Shown one piece after another: positions 20,207 to 30,999 of a DNA stretch of 64,000 nucleotides. Where the stretch lies: positions 64,001-128,000 of IMG/VR virus record IMGVR_UViG_3300025357_000008; one strand, written 5' to 3'. The stretch's first letter is position 1. Every line of letters begins with the position of its first letter. The notes below the pieces were generated by a model. The model saw nothing but the letters and a program-made list of their open reading frames with translations. It did no database searches and was not told the DNA's origin. The position numbers and the translations under genes are program-made. Origin of the DNA: a virus. Its lineage: Duplodnaviria > Caudoviricetes.

Positions 20207-22329
20207 TGTCATCAAATACAGTTAATGTACAGATACTAAGGTCCTATGGATCTTATCAACCAACAAACTTACTTGATGGGCAGTTAGCGTATTCCTTTCA
20301 ATCTAATACACTATACATCGGTACAAATAGTAATGGTATTGTTACTATTGGTGGTGTCACACCTTTAGCTCGTATTCAAACTGCCTTCAATGCGGCAAAT
20401 AGTTCAGGTGATTTTGCAAACTCTGCTTTCACACGTGCTAATCTTGCCTATGCGGCCGCTAATGCCGCTGGTTCATCAACAACAATAAACTTAGCATATC
20501 AAACTGCTAACTCGGCATTTAGTCAGGCTAATCTTGCCTATGCGGCCGCTAATGCCGCCGGTTCATCTACTACAACTAACAATGCTTATGCAACTGCTAA
20601 CTTAGCTTTTGCACAAGCGAATGCCGCTTTCAATGCGGCTAATAGTGGTGTAACTGCATCATATGCTTTTAATCAAGCTAACAGCGCATACAATCAAGCC
20701 AACGTAGCATTTGCGGCGGCTAATGCGGCAGGTTCTTCTACGACTGTAAATGCGGCCTTCTTAACTGCTAACTCTGCTTTTACACAATCAAATAACGCAT
20801 ATAACAAAGCAAACTCAGCAAACGTTCTAGCACAGTCTGCTTTTGGTGCCGCTAACGTAGGTAACACATTTGTTACTACTGGAGGTACTGTAACAGGTAA
20901 CGTAACAGTTTCAAACAATCTAACTGTATCTGGTAACTTATATGTACTAGGTAACTTAACTGCTATCAATACAACACAAGAAGAAACAAACGCACCGTTA
21001 ATCTTCTTAGCAAACAATAACACATCTTCTGATACAGTTGACATCGGTTTTGTTGGTAACTATAATGCAACAGGTAATGCGTTTACTGGTTTGTTTAGAA
21101 ACCCAACCCTTAAAGAGTTTATATTCTTTCAGAACTATGCATCACCTATTGGCTCAAACAATCTAATTAATATTAGTGACCCTAGTTTTGCATATGCAAA
21201 CGTGTACTCAAATTACTTCAAAGGTAATGTAATAAGTCACGGTGTAGATGTATTCTATTATTCTAACTCTGCTTTCTCAGTTGCAAATACGGCATCATCA
21301 AATACTGTAGCACTTCAAGGTATTGAAAATGCACAGAATACAAACATTGCGTATTCATGGACAACTGCAAATGCCGCTTTTGCAAATGCAAACTCTGCAA
21401 TTCTATATCAAACGGCAATTAGTAATTCGGTAAACAGTATTGCTGTTGGTGGTGCACCTGTACAGAACGCTCAAGTATGGTCTACACTAACTGTATCACA
21501 AGTCTTTGATGCAATTCTGTTCCCAACAATCGGTCCTACATATACAATACCTACAATATCTTTAAGCGGTACTGCTTCTGGTACTGTAGAAGTCGGTTCA
21601 ACAATCACTCAGACAATGACTCTGACTGGTACTAAGAACGATGCTGGTGCATTCCTTGCATTGTATATTCAACGTAATAGTGCGAACATTGCTACGATTA
21701 GTAACCCATCAGGTACAGCAACAACTAATATTGCATCTCAGTATGGCTATAGCGATCCTAACAATCAAAACTATTACTATACATTAAGTAATACAGATAC
21801 TGCTATTGCAACAACTGGTACATTCACATGGGCGGGTTACGGTAACTATAATGCTGGTGTTGCTAAGTTAACAAACAAAGGACAGACAGATGCAAACGGT
21901 GCTCAACTTCGTTCAACTGTTTATCCTCAAGCCGCTGGTTCAGCGTTCGGTTCAGGTTCTTATTCAGTAACTGGTATCTATCCATACTTTTGGGGTGTAT
22001 CATCAACGCAACCGACAGCCGCAAGTATTGCATCAGCAATTCAAGCAGGCACAGCAAACAAAGTACTTGCAGTTGGTTCAGGAACACTTACAATCACATT
22101 CAATGCAAGTTCTCAATACGTTTGGCTTGCAGTACAAAATAGCTATGCAACAAAGACAACATGGTATAATACTGCTCTAAATAACGGTAGTATTGGTGCA
22201 GGTCAATTTATATTGAGTCCTGTAACACAAGCAGTCACTTCACCAACATCTCTCTGGTCTGGCGTTAATTATAATATGTACATCTCTGGTTACTCAACGA
22301 CAACTAGCGGCTCAATACAGTTCTCATAA
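20206..22329 (+). CDS. Fibre protein (Mtd-N-like head, ANxA[FY] coiled coil, Ig-like C-terminus)
   Basis: VQILRS...LLDGQLAYSF..NTLYIG N-terminus; heptad repeats; YPYFWG domain. Confidence 0.7.
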   Translation: MSSNTVNVQILRSYGSYQPTNLLDGQLAYSFQSNTLYIGTNSNGIVTIGGVTPLARIQTAFNAANSSGDFANSAFTRANLAYAAANAAGSSTTINLAYQTANSAFSQANLAYAAANAAGSSTTTNNAYATANLAFAQANAAFNAANSGVTASYAFNQANSAYNQANVAFAAANAAGSSTTVNAAFLTANSAFTQSNNAYNKANSANVLAQSAFGAANVGNTFVTTGGTVTGNVTVSNNLTVSGNLYVLGNLTAINTTQEETNAPLIFLANNNTSSDTVDIGFVGNYNATGNAFTGLFRNPTLKEFIFFQNYASPIGSNNLINISDPSFAYANVYSNYFKGNVISHGVDVFYYSNSAFSVANTASSNTVALQGIENAQNTNIAYSWTTANAAFANANSAILYQTAISNSVNSIAVGGAPVQNAQVWSTLTVSQVFDAILFPTIGPTYTIPTISLSGTASGTVEVGSTITQTMTLTGTKNDAGAFLALYIQRNSANIATISNPSGTATTNIASQYGYSDPNNQNYYYTLSNTDTAIATTGTFTWAGYGNYNAGVAKLTNKGQTDANGAQLRSTVYPQAAGSAFGSGSYSVTGIYPYFWGVSSTQPTAASIASAIQAGTANKVLAVGSGTLTITFNASSQYVWLAVQNSYATKTTWYNTALNNGSIGAGQFILSPVTQAVTSPTSLWSGVNYNMYISGYSTTTSGSIQFS

Positions 22330-22332
22330 AAC

Positions 22333-25300
22333 ATGTCAATTATTCTAAACGACAATCTAAGTATACAGGCACCTAAGGGAGTTGATTCTCGTTTTGGCCC
22401 ATATGTAAATACAACTATTGCTTTATCGAGTGTTGGGTCTGCGGTTCGTTATCAAGGTTTAACAATTGGCATCAATTCTGCAAATGCAAGTGCGAATGGT
22501 GGTAATACTGTTATTGAGTATTGGTTTCGTGACGGTATTGCAGATGGTGATTTAACTTACAAAGTTGACCCTACTGCTAACTTAGCATATGCACAAGCTA
22601 ATGCCGCCTTTAATGCGGCCAATAGTTCAGGTGGCGGTAGTTCAGCGGCCGCTTTCAATCAAGCGAATGCCGCCTTTGCACAAGCTAATGCCGCCTTTGC
22701 ACAAGCAAACACAGGCTCTAGTTCTGCACCAGCTTTTAATCAAGCTAATGCCGCTTTCAGTCAAGCAAACGTAGCCTTTAATACTGCTAACTTAGCATAC
22801 ACACAAGCAAACTCAAGTTATACTGCACAAAATACAACAGCATCTTTTGCTAACGGTGCTTTTGTTGTTGCAAACTCGGGAGCATTATTTGCTAATAGTG
22901 CTTTTGCTACTGCAAATGCTTCCTATAATGCACAAAATATAACTGCTGGTTTCGCTAATGCCGCATATGCATATGCAAATACATTAGGAACAAATGAGGC
23001 ATCTGCATTTAATACTGCTAATGCCGCTTATGCACAAGCAAATACTGCTTATGCTAATTCAAATACGTTCATAACGTTTATCACAGGCGTTGAAACAAGT
23101 CAGAACAATAATATTTCTTCCGCATTTACTCAAGCTAATAATGCGGCCATATTTGCTAATGGTGCTTTCACAGTTGCCAATGCCGCTGTAAGACGTGCCG
23201 GTGATACAATGACTGGTAACTTAGTGATTGCTGGTGCTAATTTAACAGTAGGTACTGCACTTGCCGCTTATGCAAATGGTAACGTTGTAATCTCTCAAGC
23301 AACAGGACAAATTGTCCTTGCAGGAAATACATATGCAGGACATATGTTACCTGCCGCTAATGCTGATGGTACTGGTGTAGGATATGATTTAGGTTCCCCA
23401 ACAAGTCGTTGGAGAAAAATCTACGTTACTGGTACAACGATTGATATTGGTGGCGCTTTAATTCAAGCACAAGGTAATGCGATTTCACTAACCAGCGGAA
23501 CAGGCGCTACGTTTGCCGTTTCTGGTACAGGTGCAAACTCTGTAGGTTCTTTTGCAAGTTTAACAGCAAATGCCGGTATTGATTCAACTAATTCTGTTAG
23601 CGGTACAATTATCGTCACTGGTGGTGTTGGTATTTCTAATAATGCTTTCATCGGTGGTAATACAACTGTAGCATATCAATTAACTGCAAATCAACACACA
23701 TTCGGTATTGATGGTACAAGTCAGTACACAGCGGCCGCACCTTATGCATATTCTAATGCATCATTCTTGACTGCTAATAGTGCTTATACTGCACAGAATA
23801 TTACTGCTGGTTTTGCTAATGCCGCTTTCTTAGTCGCAAACAGTTCATTTGTTGCAGAAAACATTACTGCTTCGTTTGCCAACTCTGCTTATACACAAGC
23901 AAATGCGGCCTTTAATCAAGCAAATACGGCATCTTCTTTTGCTAATGGTTCGTTTACAACTGCAAATTCTGCATCTTCTAATACAGTAACATTGCAAGGT
24001 ATTGAAAATGTACAGAACACCAATATTACAGCATCGTTTGCACAAGCAAATGCATCTTACAATGCTCAAAATACAACTGCATCATTTGCAAATAGTGCCT
24101 TCGTAACAGCAAACTCTTCTTATTCTGCTCAAAACATAACTGCTGGTTTTGCAAACGCATCATATACGGCACAAAATACTACGGCAGGATTTGCCAACGG
24201 TGCATTTGTTACTGCTAATGCATCTTATGCGGCACAAAATATAACTGCTTCGTTTGCTAACAGCGCATATTCTTTTGCAAATTCAATTAATACTTATGCA
24301 TATGCCGCCTTTTCTTATGCAAATACATTAAATGCAGTAAACGTAGCATCAGCATGGAACACATCTAATGCCGCTTTCATTCAAGCAAATAGTGCTTTCA
24401 ATGCACAAAACATAACAGCAGGATTTGCAAATGCTTCTTACACGTTTGCTAATAGCATCAACATATATGCGTACTCTGCTTATGCGGCCGCTAATGTTGG
24501 TAATACATTCGTTTCAACTGGTGGTACAGTTGCTGGTTCTGTTGTTATCAGCACTGATTTACATGTCACTGGTAACTTGTATATTGCTGGTAATTCCACT
24601 TTTGTTAACGCAAATAATATATCAACAAACGATTCGATTATTTTAATTGGTACCAATAATACATCTAACGTTGTTGATTTGGGTATTGTCGGACACTTTA
24701 CAAATAACGGATATCAAAGAACTGGTTTTGTTCGTAATCACAATACAGGCATTTGGGGACTGTTCAGCAATCTAACATCAGAACCTTCAACAACAATCAA
24801 CTGGTCTGATGCCAATTTAATTTATGATAAGATTCAAACCGGTAACATTACGACTCCAGCAATATATGTTGCAGGTGTAGAACTTGGTGCTTATGCGAAT
24901 ACTGTTAATGCTTATTCTTATGCATCGTATGCATCTCAAAACATTACCGCATCGTTCGCTAACGGCGCTTTTGCTACTGCAAATGCATCATATGCATCTC
25001 AAAACATTACCGCATCGTTCGCTAACGGCGCTTTTGCTACTGCAAATGCTTCCTATAATGCACAGAACACTACCGCATCATTCGCTAATAGTGCCTTTGT
25101 AACAGCAAACGCATCATACAATTCGCAAAACACAACAGCATCTTTTGCTAACGGTGCATTTATAACTGCAAATGCATCATATAACTTTGCTAATAGTGTC
25201 AACACATATGCGTATGCCGCATTTGCAAAAGCAAATTCTCTCACAACTTCAGGCATTACAGTTGTTAATTTTACTGGTGACGGTGCAACTACATCATTTG

Positions 25301-26871
25301 CATTAGGCGTTACACCGTATTCTATCAATGCAACGTCTGTTAACTATAACGGTATTACATTACTAAGAAATAGTTATACATTGTCTGGTGCAAATATTGT
25401 CTTCTCAAGCCCACCTGCTAATACAGCATTAATTGAAGTTACAGTATCAACTCAAACTGTTTCAACTAATACTTCAATAAGTTCAGGTAATAACGGCAAC
25501 GTTCAATTTGCATTGGCAAATAATATAATTGGTTCTGATGCCAACTTTGTATATCTAACATCTAATACAACACTATTAGTACCAAACGCATATTATACCG
25601 GTAACGTAAGTATTCAAGGTAACTTGTATGTTAACGGTACTGTAACAACATTCAATAATGTAACTGTTAACACGACAGAAACAATTACAACAACACTAAC
25701 TCTTAGTGGTTTGAATGTCTATCCTTATATTACTTCAAGTTATGGTTTTTCTAACACAGTCAACACTTATGCATATGCATCATATTCAGCACAAAACATA
25801 ACTGCTGGTTTCGCTAATGCATCTTATACTGCACAAAATACAACAGCCTCATTCGCAAATAGTGCTTTTGGTCAAGCTAACTCTGCCGCTGTATTTGCAA
25901 ACGGTGCATTTACATTTGCTAACAGCGTAAATACCTATGCATATTCAGCATATGCTTTTGCAAATTCTGTTAACGTATACGCACGTGCCGCATTTGCACA
26001 AGACAATTTAGTATTCTCAGTTGCAAATTCTGCTGGTCTGTTTGCTAATGGTGCTTTTGTAACAGCAAACGCTTCTTTTATACAAGCAAATAATTCACTT
26101 GCAAACGTTGGTTCTTTAATAACTGTGAACGGTGTTTCGCAATTTGCGATAACGAATTCTCAAGTATCAACTTCAATAACTACTGGTGCATTAACAGTTG
26201 CTGGTGGTGTGGGTATTACTGGTAATACTTATGTCGGTGGTGATGTATTTGCAAATAATGGTGTCTATTCTGGCAATACATTCCAACCTGTGATAGGTTC
26301 ATTCAATGACGGTATTGTTATGGACTACGTTCAAGGTACAAATGGTATCGGTAGAATTTCAGTCGGTCCAAATGATTACATAACATTCTATACTGGCGGT
26401 GTCGGTACTACTCCTGTTGCAAACGTGTACAGTAACGGTGCGTTTACAAGTACAAACGTAACAGCAAGTAACAATATTACAACTAACACGTTTACTGCTA
26501 CTGGTCTTGTCACCATACAACAAACTACAGAAAATATTACGAACACTGGTAATCCTGGTTCTTCTGTGACTTATGATTTCAATGCTGGACCTACATACTA
26601 TAATACCGGTATGACACAAAACTGGACAGCAAACTTTACAAATGTACCAACAACACAAAATAAATCAGTTCTAGTTACTTTGATTAACAATCAAGGTAGC
26701 ACAGCATATTATCCAAGTACTATTCAAGTTAACGGAACAGGTTATACACCAAAATGGTTAGGCGGAACTTCTTACACTGGTAATGCAAGTCAATGGGATT
26801 TCCTCACATTTGCCATCATAAATATTGGTGGTACTATAACTGTTCTTGGTTCATACGCAACATATTATTAA
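22333..26871 (+). CDS. Long fibre protein with extensive ANxA[FY] heptad repeats
   Basis: 1512 aa; dozens of ANAAF/ANSAY/ANGAF units; TGALTVAGGVGI motifs. Confidence 0.75.
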   Translation: MSIILNDNLSIQAPKGVDSRFGPYVNTTIALSSVGSAVRYQGLTIGINSANASANGGNTVIEYWFRDGIADGDLTYKVDPTANLAYAQANAAFNAANSSGGGSSAAAFNQANAAFAQANAAFAQANTGSSSAPAFNQANAAFSQANVAFNTANLAYTQANSSYTAQNTTASFANGAFVVANSGALFANSAFATANASYNAQNITAGFANAAYAYANTLGTNEASAFNTANAAYAQANTAYANSNTFITFITGVETSQNNNISSAFTQANNAAIFANGAFTVANAAVRRAGDTMTGNLVIAGANLTVGTALAAYANGNVVISQATGQIVLAGNTYAGHMLPAANADGTGVGYDLGSPTSRWRKIYVTGTTIDIGGALIQAQGNAISLTSGTGATFAVSGTGANSVGSFASLTANAGIDSTNSVSGTIIVTGGVGISNNAFIGGNTTVAYQLTANQHTFGIDGTSQYTAAAPYAYSNASFLTANSAYTAQNITAGFANAAFLVANSSFVAENITASFANSAYTQANAAFNQANTASSFANGSFTTANSASSNTVTLQGIENVQNTNITASFAQANASYNAQNTTASFANSAFVTANSSYSAQNITAGFANASYTAQNTTAGFANGAFVTANASYAAQNITASFANSAYSFANSINTYAYAAFSYANTLNAVNVASAWNTSNAAFIQANSAFNAQNITAGFANASYTFANSINIYAYSAYAAANVGNTFVSTGGTVAGSVVISTDLHVTGNLYIAGNSTFVNANNISTNDSIILIGTNNTSNVVDLGIVGHFTNNGYQRTGFVRNHNTGIWGLFSNLTSEPSTTINWSDANLIYDKIQTGNITTPAIYVAGVELGAYANTVNAYSYASYASQNITASFANGAFATANASYASQNITASFANGAFATANASYNAQNTTASFANSAFVTANASYNSQNTTASFANGAFITANASYNFANSVNTYAYAAFAKANSLTTSGITVVNFTGDGATTSFALGVTPYSINATSVNYNGITLLRNSYTLSGANIVFSSPPANTALIEVTVSTQTVSTNTSISSGNNGNVQFALANNIIGSDANFVYLTSNTTLLVPNAYYTGNVSIQGNLYVNGTVTTFNNVTVNTTETITTTLTLSGLNVYPYITSSYGFSNTVNTYAYASYSAQNITAGFANASYTAQNTTASFANSAFGQANSAAVFANGAFTFANSVNTYAYSAYAFANSVNVYARAAFAQDNLVFSVANSAGLFANGAFVTANASFIQANNSLANVGSLITVNGVSQFAITNSQVSTSITTGALTVAGGVGITGNTYVGGDVFANNGVYSGNTFQPVIGSFNDGIVMDYVQGTNGIGRISVGPNDYITFYTGGVGTTPVANVYSNGAFTSTNVTASNNITTNTFTATGLVTIQQTTENITNTGNPGSSVTYDFNAGPTYYNTGMTQNWTANFTNVPTTQNKSVLVTLINNQGSTAYYPSTIQVNGTGYTPKWLGGTSYTGNASQWDFLTFAIINIGGTITVLGSYATYY
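24928..25049 (+). repeat. Tandem duplication, 63-nt period (59 nt identical)
   Basis: 24928-24986 equals 24991-25049; encodes YASQNITASFANGAFATANAS twice. Confidence 0.9.
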
Positions 26872-26873
26872 TT

Positions 26874-27908
26874 ATGAGTAGAATATCATCGTCAAGTGGC
26901 TTTGGGTTTTCAGGTGTTGGAATGGCTACTGCCAACTTAAAACCGATTCCAGTAACTGTTAATTATGTTTTGGTTGCCGGTGGTGGGTCAGGTGGTACTT
27001 TTGGTGGCGGTGGTGCTGGTGGTGTATTGTCTGGTCAAGTTACTTTTCCTAAAAAAGGTTCGACTGTAACAGTAACTATTGGTGGTGGAGGTGTTGCCGC
27101 AAATAATGGAGGACCTTTAGTATATCCTGGTAATGCTGGAGGTTATTATGTGAGAGGTACTAGCGGTTCAGGTTCTACAATATCGAATCCTTGCACATTA
27201 GGATCTGTAAGTTCAACAGGCGGTGGTGCCGGACGTGGTGGGTGGCCAGGTATGTGTTCAAGTTTTGGTGCATTAGGTGGAGGGTCTGGTGGTGGTGGTG
27301 CATCTGGCGGTAATCCTCAAAGTGCGCCCGGAGTACCAGGTCAAGGAAATCCTGGAGGTTCTGGAACCACCCCTTCAGGTATGTTTTTCGGTAGTGGTGG
27401 TGGAGCAGGAAGTGCAGGGACTTCAGGTGTAGGGGCAAATGGTGGTTCTGGACGAGTAATAACTATTATGGGTCCTAGTTCACCTGTAACAGTTGGTGGT
27501 GGAGGTGCGGCTGGCGGTTGCCAAGGGTGCAGACCAACATTTTATCCTAGTCCGTATTTTTTTTATACTGCAGGCGGTACAGGTGGCTCTGGTGGGGGCG
27601 GTAATGGTGGTAGTGGAGGTGTGCAAGGTGCATATGCGACTGGACGTACTGCTGGTACTGTAAATACTGGGGGTGGGGGTGGTGCTGGCGGATTTACAGG
27701 TTGGAACTTTATACAACCACCAACACATTCATGTTCTCCAAATGAGGAATGGTTTCCTGGTATGAATGGTGGTTCTGGTGTCGTCTTCATTTCAGCGAAT
27801 ACTGCAAAGAAAGGAACTGCCGGACCACCAACCGTTTTCACAACAGGAACTGACGGCCTAGGTAACACTTGGTTTAAATTCACTTCTTCTGGTACATATC
27901 GAGTATAA
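26874..27908 (+). CDS. Glycine-rich putative adhesin, paralog 1
   Basis: YVLVAGGGSGG, GGGAGG, NTGGGGG, GGSGVV motifs; ATG 26874 lies 2 nt after the upstream stop and is preferred over 26793. Confidence 0.72.
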   Translation: MSRISSSSGFGFSGVGMATANLKPIPVTVNYVLVAGGGSGGTFGGGGAGGVLSGQVTFPKKGSTVTVTIGGGGVAANNGGPLVYPGNAGGYYVRGTSGSGSTISNPCTLGSVSSTGGGAGRGGWPGMCSSFGALGGGSGGGGASGGNPQSAPGVPGQGNPGGSGTTPSGMFFGSGGGAGSAGTSGVGANGGSGRVITIMGPSSPVTVGGGGAAGGCQGCRPTFYPSPYFFYTAGGTGGSGGGGNGGSGGVQGAYATGRTAGTVNTGGGGGAGGFTGWNFIQPPTHSCSPNEEWFPGMNGGSGVVFISANTAKKGTAGPPTVFTTGTDGLGNTWFKFTSSGTYRV

Positions 27909-27910
27909 AA

Positions 27911-28132
27911 ATGTCACTAACTGTAATAGAACCCTTCAATTTAGATAATTCCGCAAGTTATATTGTTAGCAGTTTAAATGCTGGTAACACTATAAATGTG
28001 GGAACCACACTTTATCTAAATAATATAGCGGTTAGTAACACTAATAACTCTCTGACGGTTAACTCTGCGATGACAATTTCTGGTAATGTTTATGCGAATT
28101 TGGTAGGCTACGTTGACGGCGGCTCATTTTAA
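27911..28132 (+). CDS. Small virion protein ending in DGGSF
   Basis: 73-aa ORF tightly packed between fibre genes. Confidence 0.65.
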   Translation: MSLTVIEPFNLDNSASYIVSSLNAGNTINVGTTLYLNNIAVSNTNNSLTVNSAMTISGNVYANLVGYVDGGSF

Positions 28133-28159
28133 CATAAAACAACATAAAAGGAACATCAC

Positions 28160-30970
28160 ATGTCTGGTGGAGTCTCAAATTCAAGTATTCTAATTAAACG
28201 TTCCACGGCTACTGGTCGTCCTAGTTCGCTTAAATCCGGTGAGTTAGCTTACTCATATCTCTCAAACACAATCTTTATCGGTACATCCGATGGTACTAGC
28301 ACACTAAACGTTGGCGGTCAGTACTACACATCACAACTTGATTCAGCAACACCGTTAAACGTTGCGAACACAATCGTTAGACGAGATGCCGCAGGTAATT
28401 CGTATTTCGGTAACGTTGTTGTTTCTGGTTTCATTACCGGTACAATTCAAGGTACTTCTAATAACGCAACAGCACTTGCATCACCACAGAACTTTGGTAT
28501 TTCTGGTGGTGATATTACTGCTTCAAACATTGCTTTTAACGGTACTTCTGCTGTAATATTAAGCGCATCACTTAATAACGTTAGCGGTTTAAGTGGTGGT
28601 ACAGTCGGTTCTAATACTTCTATTCCTGTTATCACTTACGGTGCAAACGGTAGAATTTTAAACGTTTCTTCTGTAACAGTAAGTGCAAACTATCAACCCG
28701 CATTTGATTGGGCAAACTCTGCATACAATGCGGCAAATAGTTCAAGTAATACAGCATTTAGTGCTTATGCAAGAGCAAATGCCGCCTACAATCAAGCAAA
28801 TAGCGCATATTCTTTAGCAACCACAGCAGAATCAGATGCTCAGACAGGTATTACAAATGCGGCACAAGCATATTCAGCCGCTTGTACAGCACAACAACTT
28901 GCACAAAGTGCCTATACTGCACAAAATACAACAGCATCTTTTGCTAATAGCGCCTTTGGTCAAGCTAACTCTGCCGCTGTATTTGCTAACGGTGCGTTTG
29001 CATCAGCAAATGCTGTCCAGTTCACAATTACTGACGGCACACACTCTAATACATTCTATAGATCCGGTACATTAACAGTTACAGGAACTACTGGTGTAAC
29101 AGCAGTCGCTTCTGCAAACACATTAACATTTGGTACAGATAACACAGTATTACGTTCTAATACAACATCAGGTATCGGTGCTACACAAAATATTAATACT
29201 TCATTAAGTATAACAGGCAACTTGACAACAGGTAATATCATACCTTCGTCTGCTTACATGTCTATCGGTACATTTGCAAACCCTGTTCAAGAGTTGTATG
29301 TTTCTTCTAACTCATTGAATGTTGGTGGTATTTCTTTAAGCAATACAGGTAGTGTATTAACAATCGGTGGTGGTGTAACTGATTTAGCAGTAAGCACATC
29401 ATTTGGACCATTGTCTAACATTGCATCAGTCGCAAATACTGGTTACAACTTTGTTAATACTGGCGGTACAGTTAATGGTAACGTTAACATCGTTGGTAAC
29501 TTAGTAGTTCGTGGTACAACAACACAAGTCGATACTACAACAGAAACAACAACAGCAGGTACAATTGGTCTAGCCGCTAATAATACTGGTGACGTTATTG
29601 ATATCGGTCTATACGGAACATATGTTAACGGTACTACAAAACTTACCGGTTTGGTTAGAGGACCAGGAACAAGTAACTACTACTTGTTTAATAATATCAA
29701 TGCTACTGAACTTTCTGGTAACAACATTCCATCCGCAGACTTTACTGCCGCAAACTCAGCAACATTGTATGCTAACGTTGTTTCTTATCAAACATCATCT
29801 AGCGGCCAAGCAACATTCGGTTCTGTCGTATCAAATACTGCAATTGCTGTATCTTCTGGTGGTACTGGTGCCGCAACATTCTCTGCTGGTCAAATCTTAG
29901 TTGGTAACGGCACAGGTGCTCTACAAGTTCTTGCAAATACAGGTACTGCCGGTACATATGGTAATGCAAATACTATTGCAGTAACAACTACAGATGCTTA
30001 TGGTCGTGTTTCTGGCGTAACAAATACAGCAATATCCGGTCTAACAGTAACACAAGGTGGTACTGGTGCATCGTCATTCTCTGCTGGTCAGATTGTTATC
30101 GGAAACGGTTCTGGTGCATTACAAGTTCTTGCTAACACAGGAACTGCTGGTACATACGGTAATGCTAATACGATTGCAGTTACAACAACAGATGCATACG
30201 GACGTGTTTCTGGTATAACAGCAACACCAATTGCTATCACATCTGGTCAAATTACAAATACGACAGGTAATACAGGTACTTCAGTTGTCTTATCAGCTTC
30301 ACCAACATTAACTGGTACTACACAAGTTGCCACGATAGTTGCCGCAGTTGCTAATGCATCATCTGCTAATATTACAACAGCAAACGTTGGAACATTATAC
30401 GCTAATACAGTCTCAGTCGGTGGTGGTTTAACATATACCGCTTCAGGATTGTTTGCTGGATTCTCTTCTAATGCTAACAACTATCAGCAAGTTGTAATTG
30501 AGAACGCAAATACAGGTACTCAAGCATCAGCAGACTTCATTGTTTCTAACGGCATTTCAACTGATGGAGCCTTCTACGGTGACTTCGGTATGAACGGTCA
30601 GAACTTCTCTGGTTCTGGTTCATTGAATACTGCTAATACTGTTTACTTGTATGCCGCTAACGTTGATTTAGCAATCGGTACTACAACATCAAATGCTATT
30701 CACTTTGTTGTTAATAACGGTACAACAGATGCCGCCACAATTGCATCTAACGGTATGTTCTCATTAGCGACTGCTCTTGGTACTGCATACGGTGGTACTG
30801 GTGCTTCATCATTTACATCTGACGGTATTATCTACGGTAACGGTGGTGGTGCTCTACAAGCAACAGTAGCCGCTGGTACTTCAGACCAAGCATACACTAA
30901 CCAAGTGTTGACAGTTACTAACTCTGGTGTTCCAGTTTGGTCATCTGCTGTTGATGGAGGCACGTTCTAA
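28160..30970 (+). CDS. Fibre protein (Mtd-N-like head, GGTG repeats, C-terminal DGGTF)
   Basis: ILIKRS...LKSGELAYSY N-terminus; SD AAGGA upstream. Confidence 0.75.
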   Translation: MSGGVSNSSILIKRSTATGRPSSLKSGELAYSYLSNTIFIGTSDGTSTLNVGGQYYTSQLDSATPLNVANTIVRRDAAGNSYFGNVVVSGFITGTIQGTSNNATALASPQNFGISGGDITASNIAFNGTSAVILSASLNNVSGLSGGTVGSNTSIPVITYGANGRILNVSSVTVSANYQPAFDWANSAYNAANSSSNTAFSAYARANAAYNQANSAYSLATTAESDAQTGITNAAQAYSAACTAQQLAQSAYTAQNTTASFANSAFGQANSAAVFANGAFASANAVQFTITDGTHSNTFYRSGTLTVTGTTGVTAVASANTLTFGTDNTVLRSNTTSGIGATQNINTSLSITGNLTTGNIIPSSAYMSIGTFANPVQELYVSSNSLNVGGISLSNTGSVLTIGGGVTDLAVSTSFGPLSNIASVANTGYNFVNTGGTVNGNVNIVGNLVVRGTTTQVDTTTETTTAGTIGLAANNTGDVIDIGLYGTYVNGTTKLTGLVRGPGTSNYYLFNNINATELSGNNIPSADFTAANSATLYANVVSYQTSSSGQATFGSVVSNTAIAVSSGGTGAATFSAGQILVGNGTGALQVLANTGTAGTYGNANTIAVTTTDAYGRVSGVTNTAISGLTVTQGGTGASSFSAGQIVIGNGSGALQVLANTGTAGTYGNANTIAVTTTDAYGRVSGITATPIAITSGQITNTTGNTGTSVVLSASPTLTGTTQVATIVAAVANASSANITTANVGTLYANTVSVGGGLTYTASGLFAGFSSNANNYQQVVIENANTGTQASADFIVSNGISTDGAFYGDFGMNGQNFSGSGSLNTANTVYLYAANVDLAIGTTTSNAIHFVVNNGTTDAATIASNGMFSLATALGTAYGGTGASSFTSDGIIYGNGGGALQATVAAGTSDQAYTNQVLTVTNSGVPVWSSAVDGGTF
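29858..30230 (+). repeat. Intragenic 66-aa (198-nt period) duplication
   Basis: GGTGA..FSAGQI..GNG.GALQVLANTGTAGTYGNANTIAVTTTDAYGRVSG starts at 29858 and again at 30056. Confidence 0.85.
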
Positions 30971-30973
30971 ATA
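30966..30973 (+). promoter_or_regulatory. Late promoter core TCTAAATA overlapping a stop codon
   Basis: TAAATA at the gene boundary; SD AGGAG downstream. Confidence 0.5.
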
Positions 30974-30999
30974 GATTATTAATATATTAGGAGTTTGAA

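Noticed and set aside
20380-26100. CRISPR-like periodic repeats
   Set aside because: The repeats are degenerate, in-frame heptad-coding units with no constant repeat/unique spacer structure and no cas genes.
26793-26873. Track start at 26793
   Set aside because: It adds an implausible 27-aa peptide overlapping the upstream gene; ATG 26874 is preferred.
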